A stretch of DNA of 55,050 nt from positions 1 to 55,050 of IMG/VR virus record IMGVR_UViG_3300025137_005047. One strand, given 5' to 3'. Source of the DNA: a virus (Duplodnaviria; Caudoviricetes). Positions 30,081-38,967 of this stretch are shown one piece after another (within the stretch, counting starts at the first letter, position 1; each line of letters starts with the position of its first letter). The notes under the pieces are model-generated. The model was not told where the DNA came from. It searched no databases and saw only the letters and a list, made by a program, of their open reading frames with translations. A program made the position numbers and the translations under genes.

Positions 30081-30125
30081 TATAAATATTATGGTAGTTT
30101 ATACAGTGGTAACGCAGTATAAATA
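30081..30125 (+). promoter_or_regulatory. Two T4-type late promoters
   Basis: TATAAATA at 30081-88 and 30118-25. Confidence 0.55.
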
Positions 30126-30264
30126 CTTTAGTAAGAACATTAATGTTCTTATTTGTAAACAACAATTATTATGGCATTATAGGCAAACAAAACAGGCATT
30201 TCAAGGCTCACATTAGGCATCCGACAAAATCAATCCGTCCAAGGTAGACGTAAATGAGGAAGCA

Positions 30265-30525
30265 ATGAGTACAACTCGAGAAATAGAAAAAGAAAGCCTA
30301 GAAGCCCATGTAGAATTATGTGCGGCGAGGTATTCACGTTTGGAAGAAAAACTAGACAATCTAGAGGGCCGAGTTATCGGCATAGAAACAGTTCTTGGCG
30401 AAATTAGAGATACGGTAATAAAAGACCGTGAAAGACGTCAAACCCAACTTATTACTTGGGGTATGGCTATCATTGGCTCATTAGCGACAGCAGTAGGTGT
30501 ATTATCCTACAATTTATTCATTTAA
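30265..30525 (+). CDS. Coiled-coil + single TM small protein (XhlA/holin-like architecture)
   Basis: LEAHVELCA.RY, heptad repeats, C-terminal TM; GAGG RBS. Confidence 0.55.
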   Translation: MSTTREIEKESLEAHVELCAARYSRLEEKLDNLEGRVIGIETVLGEIRDTVIKDRERRQTQLITWGMAIIGSLATAVGVLSYNLFI

Positions 30526-30576
30526 TACAATTCACAAAAAATTAAAACCGATTAATCTATACTAAATAGTAGTGTT

Positions 30577-30879
30577 ATGCTTATATTAGAACTTTTTAGC
30601 GACGAAAATACAGAACTTACAGAGACCAAAATGGCTTGGGGCCGTTCTGGAAATAAAGTTGTGCGTAAGTACAGATGTTCTATAGGACGTTTAAAAGGTA
30701 AAATTGTAAGCAGTCCAGGTGCTTGTTTTAAGGCACCAGACATTAAAAAACGAATTAGACTTAAAATGGCTAAAGCAAAATTAGGTGCTAGAATGAAGTT
30801 GAAAGCAAAACGTACAAAACGTATTAATCCAGCAAGTAAACGTGTTCAAGCATTAAACAAAGCAGGACGTAGAAAGTAA
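30577..30879 (+). CDS. Basic putative capsid-internal protein
   Basis: Acidic leader MLILELF...LTE followed by K/R-rich body. Confidence 0.55.
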   Translation: MLILELFSDENTELTETKMAWGRSGNKVVRKYRCSIGRLKGKIVSSPGACFKAPDIKKRIRLKMAKAKLGARMKLKAKRTKRINPASKRVQALNKAGRRK

Positions 30880-31133
30880 TGAGATTTTCAGAATTATTTG
30901 AACAACCAATGACAGGCAAAGTAACTAAAGTTGCCGGTGATAATGTTGAAATTAGCGATCCAAAGAAACCGGGTATTACTACAAAAATAGACCTGAAGAA
31001 AATGGATATTGATAGCACAAACCCAAATGAACCTACGTTAAAACCTAAAACTGCAAAACCACAAGGACAAGGGTCAAAGATTAGACCAGGTCAAAAAATT
31101 TCCGTTGCTACCGAGGTCAAAAAAAAAGACTGA
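30879..31133 (+). CDS. Small putative internal protein; N-terminal part of probable frameshift fusion
   Basis: MRFSELFE start; ends in GTC-A9-GAC-TGA. Confidence 0.6.
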   Translation: MRFSELFEQPMTGKVTKVAGDNVEISDPKKPGITTKIDLKKMDIDSTNPNEPTLKPKTAKPQGQGSKIRPGQKISVATEVKKKD

Positions 31134-31783
31134 CTGACCTTGAAGAAGGCATAAACGATCCAGCAATTTTTAAAGCAGTATTCCTAGCAGGTGGCCCTGG
31201 TAGTGGAAAAAGTTTTATGGTAAAACAAACGGCTTTAGTTAGCATGGGTTATCGTTTAATTAATAACGATGCCGCATTTGAAAAATATTTAAAAGATGCA
31301 GGAATGGGATCAGATCCAGAAAGCATCTTAAGTCCACAAGGACAAGAAGTTCGAGCGAAAGCAAAACGAGTTACAGACAATAAACTTGCCATGCATCTAA
31401 ATGAACGTTTAGGTTTAGTTATAGATGGAACAGGCAAAGATTACAGTAAGATCACATCACAAGCAGATACCTTAAGATTATTAGGTTACGATGTAGCAAT
31501 GATATTTGTTAACACCGACCTAGAAACTGCTATAGGTAGAAACAATCAGAGAGATAGAAGATTACCAGACGACATGGTTACTAAATTATGGAAAGAAGTA
31601 CAAAGAAATATTGGAAGATTCCATAACTTTTTTGGTAAATTTATGTTTGTCGTTGACAATTCAGAAAGTTCAGATACACAAGGTGTTACTATGAATATGT
31701 ATAAGAGAATGAAAGAGTTCACTAGCATACCTCCGCATAGTCCAATGGCAAAAAATTGGATTAAACAGAGGACTACTACATAA
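31127..31783 (+). CDS. P-loop kinase (zeta-toxin/polynucleotide kinase-like), N-terminus upstream of the first ATG
   Basis: Frame reads RLTDLEEGINDPAIFKAVFLAGGPGSGKSFMV before ATG 31217; also VIDGTG and RN..R.R. No ATG between the in-frame stop at 31082-84 and 31217. Confidence 0.75.
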   Translation, partial: RLTDLEEGINDPAIFKAVFLAGGPGSGKSFMVKQTALVSMGYRLINNDAAFEKYLKDAGMGSDPESILSPQGQEVRAKAKRVTDNKLAMHLNERLGLVIDGTGKDYSKITSQADTLRLLGYDVAMIFVNTDLETAIGRNNQRDRRLPDDMVTKLWKEVQRNIGRFHNFFGKFMFVVDNSESSDTQGVTMNMYKRMKEFTSIPPHSPMAKNWIKQRTTT

Positions 31784-31989
31784 TGTCACACTTTGAATTT
31801 TCTAATGGCGCAAGAGTGTCATTAACAAAAGAAGAAGACGTATTTTTGAAAGAATTTAAACAGTCAATTAAGTTGACTGATTTAAATGAAAGCCAATTAA
31901 AGTTGGCTTTTATGTTAGTCAATAAAAGTGTACTCAATAGGAAAAAGAAAAATGGTGATCTCTACTATGTCAAGGAAAGTAAAAAGTAA
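31783..31989 (+). CDS. Small hypothetical protein (winged-helix-like)
   Basis: Coupled ORF; LVNKSVL.R pattern. Confidence 0.5.
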   Translation: MSHFEFSNGARVSLTKEEDVFLKEFKQSIKLTDLNESQLKLAFMLVNKSVLNRKKKNGDLYYVKESKK

Positions 31990-32407
31990 AGTAGCAATAA
32001 CAAAGATAAAGAACTTCCTGGAAGAAAAATCTGATGAACTTCCTGTAATTTCTATATCCGGTGCTCATATTAAAATAGGTAAATATTTTTGCCTAGAACG
32101 TAATGGTGTTTGGGAAATTTACAATAAAGAAATGCTTGTAAAGTCGTTTACACTGCGAAATAGTGCCATTGCTTGGGCAGTAGCGTCATTACAAGGGCAA
32201 ACAGTAGATGCACAACAAATAGAGTCACATGATTTGCATTTTAGTAGGCACCACAATGATTCTATTATATTTCACCAGAGATATCGTACTGCAACAGACG
32301 ATTTTCGGAGAGATTTAATGTATATTAGGTATGAAGAGAGCGAATATCATAAAAATCACATTAGAAACCAACTGGAAGAATCAATAAAAAAGATTAAAAT
32401 CAACTAA
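31967..32407 (+). CDS. Hypothetical protein
   Basis: Probable start MSRKV at 31967. Confidence 0.55.
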   Translation: MSRKVKSKVAITKIKNFLEEKSDELPVISISGAHIKIGKYFCLERNGVWEIYNKEMLVKSFTLRNSAIAWAVASLQGQTVDAQQIESHDLHFSRHHNDSIIFHQRYRTATDDFRRDLMYIRYEESEYHKNHIRNQLEESIKKIKIN

Positions 32408-32438
32408 ATACAAATAACGTACAATTAGGGAACTCAAC

Positions 32439-33449
32439 ATGGAACTAAATGATTTAAATAAAACATCACGTAGTGGCAGTTTAAACAAACTGTTAAACAC
32501 ACGTTTTGAATTCGATCTAGATTTATCGAAAATGAATGAAACAATAGCAACACAAATGGTTGCAACTGCTGACAACAAAATGAATGAAGTAGCAAGTAAA
32601 GAAGGCGACTTTCAAGTTAACAAAGAATACTTGATGTCAAAACTTGTTAAAGAAACAGTTGAAGCATGGCAAATAGAAAATAACATCGCTGAAGCACCAA
32701 AGAGTGACAGTAACAATAAAGAGTTAGAGCCAGGAGATGGGGAAATTAACCCACAACAAAATTCACCAAGAGCACAATCAACTCGTGCAAACGCACTAAG
32801 ATTGTTAGTTGGTCCATCAAATTATATGAAAGCCAAACGTGCTTTAGATATGTACAAAAAAGGTCAAACAGTTCCCCCAGCCTTAATGCAAGGTCTAATG
32901 CCAATTATAGATATGATTGATGAAATTATGTCAAGCAATCTTGCAAATGTACGTTTCTTGCAAATGGTAGACAAAAGAGCAAAAAAACAATTAGGCATTT
33001 CAGAAAGTGTTCTTAAAGAAGGCGAAATGGAAAATGCTGAATTAGTGTTAGCATCAAAAGATATGGTTGACAGAATTCAATCTATGTTAGAAGATGTAAG
33101 TGAAATGCAGGCAGAAGATTTACTTCCGTTAACTGATCAAATCCGTGACGAAATGGGTAATGATAAAGCAGAAGCATTTATGACAGCGGCAAAAGGTTCA
33201 CTAGAAGCATTATTAGATGCTATTACAACTGCAAGAGGCGACATGGATAATGCATCACGTATTTTAACAGGTACTGCTGATGAATCAGGCGCAGACTTAA
33301 CTGTAGAAGAACCTGCAGAAGAGCCAGAAGCAGAAGTTGATGTTGACGCAGAAGCACCAGCAGAAGATGATACAGTTGATGTAGACTTAGATGCAGGTGA
33401 AGAAGGCCAAGAAGGCGTTGACGAATTAGATAGACAAGAACGTCCGTAA
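32439..33449 (+). CDS. Putative prohead core/scaffold-like protein
   Basis: MELNDL start, LKE site, helical body, very acidic C-tail; TAAATA upstream. Confidence 0.45.
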   Translation: MELNDLNKTSRSGSLNKLLNTRFEFDLDLSKMNETIATQMVATADNKMNEVASKEGDFQVNKEYLMSKLVKETVEAWQIENNIAEAPKSDSNNKELEPGDGEINPQQNSPRAQSTRANALRLLVGPSNYMKAKRALDMYKKGQTVPPALMQGLMPIIDMIDEIMSSNLANVRFLQMVDKRAKKQLGISESVLKEGEMENAELVLASKDMVDRIQSMLEDVSEMQAEDLLPLTDQIRDEMGNDKAEAFMTAAKGSLEALLDAITTARGDMDNASRILTGTADESGADLTVEEPAEEPEAEVDVDAEAPAEDDTVDVDLDAGEEGQEGVDELDRQERP

Positions 33450-33811
33450 TGAAAGCAAGTGATTTTATCACAGAATCCGTACCAGATGGAGCAGACAAAC
33501 TAATGAGTTTGTTAATCTTTCTTCGTAACCGTGCAGAACAGTTAGGAGCAAAGACTCAAATCTCTATGAAGGCGTTATCTCAAATGGCAAGTGGTTTAGG
33601 TATACCTCTTACTTACGATAGTTTTTCAGCAATACATCAATCAAATCCAGGAATACAAAATTTAGTAACAGACTTTAATAAAGACGTAGTTATTTTTAAA
33701 AACACAGATGGTGAAGACGATCAAACAATCTCAACTCCAGATGATGCAGATATAAAGCCAACAACAAATGTTGATAAAATGGCTAAACGTGCTCTTAAAA
33801 AACGTTCATAA
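33449..33811 (+). CDS. Putative internal protein
   Basis: MKASDFITE start resembles the T4 capsid-targeting sequence. Confidence 0.55.
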   Translation: MKASDFITESVPDGADKLMSLLIFLRNRAEQLGAKTQISMKALSQMASGLGIPLTYDSFSAIHQSNPGIQNLVTDFNKDVVIFKNTDGEDDQTISTPDDADIKPTTNVDKMAKRALKKRS

Positions 33812-33816
33812 TTTAC

Positions 33817-33845
33817 TTGACATCACACGTCAAAACCTGTATAAT
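33817..33845 (+). promoter_or_regulatory. Sigma70-type promoter
   Basis: TTGACA, 17-nt spacer, TATAAT. Confidence 0.8.
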
Positions 33846-33880
33846 TATAAGTTACACACAATCAATTCAGAGAACAATCA

Positions 33881-34564
33881 ATGATTACCGAACGGTACGA
33901 CTATACACCTATAAAACGTAAACAAGTAGATGGCAAAAGATTATACACAACACCAACAGGTGAAGCCGTCCCAAGTGTTACAACAATCTTAGACAAAACT
34001 AAATCAGAAGAAAAGAAGCAGGCACTCCGTAATTGGAAGAAACGTGTTGGTGAGGCTAAAGCACAAGAAATTGTAACAGAAGCCGCCGGACGTGGAACTC
34101 GTATGCATAAATGGTTAGAAGACTATTGTATTGCAGACGAAATTAAATCACCTGGCAGTAACCCATTTAGCCAACAAAGTCATAAAATGGCTAATATTGT
34201 TATTGAAAAAGGTATGTCTAATGTTTCAGAGATTTGGGGAACAGAAGTTCCTTTATATTTTCCAAAAATATATGCAGGTACTACAGATTGTGTAGGAATA
34301 TACAATAATGAACCCGCTATTATAGATTTTAAACAAACTAATAAACCTAAAAAGACAGAATGGGTACAAGATTATTTTTTACAATTAACGGCATATGCTG
34401 AAGCACATAACGAAGTACATGGTACTAATATTAAAAAAGGTGTAATTTTAATGTGTAGTAAAGACTATGAGTACCAATCTTGGGTACTAGAAGGCGATGA
34501 GTGGAAAAATAACGTAAAAACGTGGTGGAACAGGGTAGAACAGTTTTATACAAATCACAACTAG
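33881..34564 (+). CDS. PD-(D/E)xK exonuclease (Cas4/RecB-like phage exonuclease)
   Basis: PSVTTIL, RGTRMH, YAGTTD, IIDFKQ, QL.AY. Confidence 0.85.
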   Translation: MITERYDYTPIKRKQVDGKRLYTTPTGEAVPSVTTILDKTKSEEKKQALRNWKKRVGEAKAQEIVTEAAGRGTRMHKWLEDYCIADEIKSPGSNPFSQQSHKMANIVIEKGMSNVSEIWGTEVPLYFPKIYAGTTDCVGIYNNEPAIIDFKQTNKPKKTEWVQDYFLQLTAYAEAHNEVHGTNIKKGVILMCSKDYEYQSWVLEGDEWKNNVKTWWNRVEQFYTNHN

Positions 34565-34592
34565 AGCATAAATACGTTATAGGAGTATACAA

Positions 34593-36173
34593 ATGGCAGT
34601 AATTCAAATATCAAAAATTCAACACAGAAGAGGTTTAAATTCCGATTTACCGCAATTATCTAGTGCAGAGCTAGGTTGGGTAATTGACCAACGTAAATTA
34701 TACATTGGAAACGGTACCACTTCAGAAGGTGCACCAGCAATTGGTAACACAGAAATTTTAACACAATATAGTGATATATTGGGAAGTATAAACAGTTATA
34801 CTTACAAAGGTGCAGAAGTTGGATACACGGCACAAACAACAAGTACAGGTGCTGATGTACAACGTTCTTTACAGAATAAGTTAGATGATTTTGTTAGTGC
34901 TAAAGACTTTGGTGTTGACGGTGATGGAGTTACAGATTATACTGCTAAAATTAACTTCATGTTAAACCAAGTATACTCACGTGAAGCAACAAACACAGAA
35001 TCTTTAAAAACAGTTTATTTTCCAGCAGGTACATATATTGTAACTGACTCTATTAAGTTTCCTAGAGGAGCAAAAATAGTTGGTGCTGGAGCAGGTTCAA
35101 CAATTATTAAAAGAACTACTAGTGCAGGTTATGTTGGAGAAACTTCCGACAGTAAACAACAAACAGGTTCTAATGTTGGAGTAGGTGGTGCCTTAAAACC
35201 AAAAAATATTGAAATTTCAGGAATTGAATTCTTTAATTCACAAGATGATGATGTATTCGTAGTTGACCAAGCAAATCTAGTAACATTTACAAATGTTAGA
35301 TTTAAAGGAAGACACACTACAAATCCAATTACTATTGGAAATAGAAAAGCAGGAGTTCGTATTACAGAAACAACTGCAACAGATTGTAAAAATATTAAAT
35401 TTGAAAATTGTGATTTTGCAAGATTAGACGTTGCATTCGATTGTGACCATGATGCAAAGAACATAGTTTTTAATAATTGTTACATACACGATAACTTTGC
35501 AGGAATTTTAGTTGGTGAAAACATTACAGGTTCAGCACCAAGTGTTACAGGACCACGTGGAGTTAAAGTTTCAAATTGTTTGTTTGAAATTATATTTAAA
35601 GAAGCAATTAAAACTGTAACAGTACAAGAATTTGTTAGTGCATATAATACTTTCGTAACTTGCGGAGTAGGAAACGTTGCATCAGCAGGAACACCGACTT
35701 GTCCAATTATTAATTTTAATGCGGACAATAATTATAGTATTGGTGATAGTTTTGATAGAACGACATCACAACAAGCAACATATCCAAATATCGAAAACAA
35801 CGGTAAAGCAGTATTCAGTTTAGAAGCAATTAACAGTATGCGTTATGGATTCTTTGATACAGAACCGGGTAAAACATTCACGTTAACTGATAATACAAGT
35901 GCAACAACAAATACGCCAATTGATTTTGATTCCTCTACATTAATTAATGCAACAGTTGATTTTGTTATTGAAAGAGGAACGTCTAGAAGAGTTGGAACTT
36001 TAACAGTTGCAGGTAATAATACTTCTGGATATTCATTAGAGCAGGATTACACTGAAAACTCTGACGCAGGTGTTGGGTTTACTATTTTATCCACAGATGG
36101 TACAGTTCAGTACACAACTACATCCACAGGCAATAACGCAACATTAAAATATCGCATAACTAAATTTGCATAA
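34593..36173 (+). CDS. Tail/baseplate-associated protein with pectate-lyase-like beta-helix
   Basis: IQHRRG...LPQL..AELGW...RKLYIGNG N-terminus; KDFGV.GDG.TD, YFPAGTY; CATAAATA upstream. Confidence 0.7.
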   Translation: MAVIQISKIQHRRGLNSDLPQLSSAELGWVIDQRKLYIGNGTTSEGAPAIGNTEILTQYSDILGSINSYTYKGAEVGYTAQTTSTGADVQRSLQNKLDDFVSAKDFGVDGDGVTDYTAKINFMLNQVYSREATNTESLKTVYFPAGTYIVTDSIKFPRGAKIVGAGAGSTIIKRTTSAGYVGETSDSKQQTGSNVGVGGALKPKNIEISGIEFFNSQDDDVFVVDQANLVTFTNVRFKGRHTTNPITIGNRKAGVRITETTATDCKNIKFENCDFARLDVAFDCDHDAKNIVFNNCYIHDNFAGILVGENITGSAPSVTGPRGVKVSNCLFEIIFKEAIKTVTVQEFVSAYNTFVTCGVGNVASAGTPTCPIINFNADNNYSIGDSFDRTTSQQATYPNIENNGKAVFSLEAINSMRYGFFDTEPGKTFTLTDNTSATTNTPIDFDSSTLINATVDFVIERGTSRRVGTLTVAGNNTSGYSLEQDYTENSDAGVGFTILSTDGTVQYTTTSTGNNATLKYRITKFA

Positions 36174-36177
36174 TTAA

Positions 36178-36618
36178 ATGTTTGACTTAAAACCAGAAGA
36201 CAGAATTCATTTCTGGAGAAACTTCCGTGTCGGACTAAAAGATATGGAACCAGAAAAAGCCCTACAAGAAATTGTTGACTTATGGGGAAAATGTCCTACA
36301 ACCAACGGTTACTTGGATTATGCAGATTGTAAAGATTGGCCTGATCCCTGGACATTACTAGACAATAATCACTATTGCGACGTAGCAGTTGCATTAGGTA
36401 TATTTTATACTATTTTTTTATCGGAAATACTTGACAATAGTACCCTAAAGATAGTAATATATAAACATGAAGCAAATTTCGTTAATGCAGTGCATATAAC
36501 AAAATATGCTCTTAATATAAACTATCGAGAAGTATTAAATACTACATCGATACCAAAAGATTTATCAACGCAATCGGTCTTTACAGTAAAGGACTTAAAT
36601 GCACAGAAGTATCTATAA
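36178..36618 (+). CDS. Conserved hypothetical protein
   Basis: WPDPWTLL motif. Confidence 0.6.
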   Translation: MFDLKPEDRIHFWRNFRVGLKDMEPEKALQEIVDLWGKCPTTNGYLDYADCKDWPDPWTLLDNNHYCDVAVALGIFYTIFLSEILDNSTLKIVIYKHEANFVNAVHITKYALNINYREVLNTTSIPKDLSTQSVFTVKDLNAQKYL

Positions 36619-36635
36619 TAATAGCAAGGCATCAA

Positions 36636-38939
36636 ATGACACAGATTCAAGTAACAAAAAGAGATGGCAGTAAAGAAGATTTAGATTTAGAAAAAATGCA
36701 CAAGGTCGTCTTTTATGCTTGTGAAAATATAACTGGCGTAAGTGCTAGTGAAGTCGAAATAAAATCCCACCTTTCGTTTTATAGCGGAATAACATCAATA
36801 GAAATACAAGAGACACTTATTAAAAGTGCGGCAGATCTTATTAGCGAAGATACTCCAAATTATCAGTGGGTAGCAGGTAGGCTAATTAATTACCATTTAA
36901 GAAAACAAGTTTATAACACATTTGAGCCATGGAAAATTTTAGACGTTGTAAAAAACAACATTAAACTTGGATTTTATGATCCAGAAATTTTAAACCTTTA
37001 CACAGAAGAAGAGTTTGCACAATTTGATACATTAGTTAATCATGAACGTGATGAAGGTATGACATATGCGGCAATGGAACAATGGCGTGGAAAATATTTA
37101 GTACAAAATAGAGTAACAAAACAGATGTTTGAAACTCCTCAAGTTGCATATCTTTTAATTGCGGCTACATTGTTTAGTAAATATCCTATAGAAACGAGAA
37201 TGAAATATGTTAAAGATTATTATGATGCAATTAGCACATTTCAAATAAGTTTACCTACACCTGTTATGGCAGGAGTTCGTACACCACAAAGACAATTTTC
37301 TTCTTGCGTTCTAGTAGAAACAGGAGATAGTTTAGATAGTATTAATGCTACAACAAGTAGTATTGTAAAATATGTTTCACAAAAGGCAGGTATTGGTATT
37401 GGTGCAGGAAGTATTCGTGCATTAGGAAGTCCTATTAGAAATGGTGATGCATATCATACAGGTGTTATCCCTTTTTATAAAATGTTTCAGGCGGCAACAC
37501 GTTCTTGTTCTCAAGGCGGTGTTCGCAACGGTGCGGCAACATTATATTACCCAATATGGCATTTAGAAATAGAAGATATGTTAGTGCTAAAGAATAATAA
37601 AGGTACTGAAGAAAACAGAGTTAGACATATGGACTATGGAGTTCAGTTTAATAAATTGATGTACGAAAGGTTATTGTCTAATGATAATATAACTCTTTTC
37701 TCGCCTCAAGATGTACCAGGTTTGTATGAAGCATTCTTTTCAGACCAAGATAAATTTAAAGAATTGTATGAACGTGCAGAACGTAATACAAAAATTAGAA
37801 AGAAAACTATTCGTGCAAGTGAATTGTTTAGTTCTTTTATGGAAGAACGTAAAAACACAGGTAGAATTTATTTAATGAATGTTGACCATGCAAATGATCA
37901 TAGTTCTTTTATCTCAGAAAAAGCACCAATAAAACAAAGTAATTTATGTTGTGAAATTAACTTACCTACAAGACCTTTAGATTCGTTTGATGATGAAGAG
38001 GGAGAAATTGCATTATGTACATTAAGTGCTATTAATTGGGGCAGTGTTAAAGAACCACAAGATTTTGAAAAACCTTGCGAACTTGCAGTTCGTGGATTAG
38101 ATGCATTATTAACTTATCAGAATTATCCTGTTAAAGCGGCTGAAAATAGTACAGTTAAAAGACGACCTTTAGGAGTTGGTATTATTAATTTAGCATATTG
38201 GATGGCTAAGAACGATATGACTTATACAAATCCTAATTTAGACTTAATTGATAGATATGCAGAAGCATGGAGTTATTACTTAATTAAAGCAAGTGCAGAT
38301 TTGGCAGTTGAACAAGGTGCTTGTCCAGGTACTACTGAAACAAAATACGGTGCTGGCATTACTCCTAATCAAACATATAAGTCTGATGTAGACGAATTAG
38401 TACCACATAAAGAACGTATGGCATGGACTAGTTTAAGAAAACAACTGCAAAAAACAGGTATTAGAAATTCAACTTTAATGGCTTTAATGCCAGCAGAAAC
38501 GTCTGCACAGATAAGTAACAGTACCAACGGAATTGAACCACCTCGTGCATATGTAAGTGTTAAGCAGAGCAAAGACGGTGTTTTACGACAAGTTGTACCT
38601 GAGTTTCGTAGATTAAAGAACAAATACGAGATGTTATGGACACAAAAGTCTCCCGAAGGTTATTTAAAGATTATGGCTGTATTGCAAAAGTATATAGACC
38701 AAGGTATTAGTGTTAATACAAGTTATAATCCAACACACTACGAAGATGAAAAAATTCCTATGAGTGTGATGTTACAACATTTAATTATGTTTTATAAGTT
38801 TGGTGGTAAACAACTTTACTACTTTAACACTTATGATGGACAAGGCGAGATCGACGTAGACAAGTTTAACGTCGAAGATAAAGAAGTAAACTTACTAGAT
38901 GACATTGAAGACGCTGATTGCGATTCGTGTGTGATATAA
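36636..38939 (+). CDS. nrdA: Ribonucleotide reductase class Ia alpha subunit
   Basis: ATP cone VTKRDG, PTPVM, FSSC, SNLCCEI, LYY, C-terminal CDSC. Confidence 0.95.
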   Translation: MTQIQVTKRDGSKEDLDLEKMHKVVFYACENITGVSASEVEIKSHLSFYSGITSIEIQETLIKSAADLISEDTPNYQWVAGRLINYHLRKQVYNTFEPWKILDVVKNNIKLGFYDPEILNLYTEEEFAQFDTLVNHERDEGMTYAAMEQWRGKYLVQNRVTKQMFETPQVAYLLIAATLFSKYPIETRMKYVKDYYDAISTFQISLPTPVMAGVRTPQRQFSSCVLVETGDSLDSINATTSSIVKYVSQKAGIGIGAGSIRALGSPIRNGDAYHTGVIPFYKMFQAATRSCSQGGVRNGAATLYYPIWHLEIEDMLVLKNNKGTEENRVRHMDYGVQFNKLMYERLLSNDNITLFSPQDVPGLYEAFFSDQDKFKELYERAERNTKIRKKTIRASELFSSFMEERKNTGRIYLMNVDHANDHSSFISEKAPIKQSNLCCEINLPTRPLDSFDDEEGEIALCTLSAINWGSVKEPQDFEKPCELAVRGLDALLTYQNYPVKAAENSTVKRRPLGVGIINLAYWMAKNDMTYTNPNLDLIDRYAEAWSYYLIKASADLAVEQGACPGTTETKYGAGITPNQTYKSDVDELVPHKERMAWTSLRKQLQKTGIRNSTLMALMPAETSAQISNSTNGIEPPRAYVSVKQSKDGVLRQVVPEFRRLKNKYEMLWTQKSPEGYLKIMAVLQKYIDQGISVNTSYNPTHYEDEKIPMSVMLQHLIMFYKFGGKQLYYFNTYDGQGEIDVDKFNVEDKEVNLLDDIEDADCDSCVI

Positions 38940-38967
38940 AGATAGAGAAAGAGATAGGAAAAAAGCA

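Noticed and set aside
33881-34564. Cas4-like gene as evidence of CRISPR
   Set aside because: No repeat-spacer array or other cas genes seen; it is a common stand-alone phage exonuclease.
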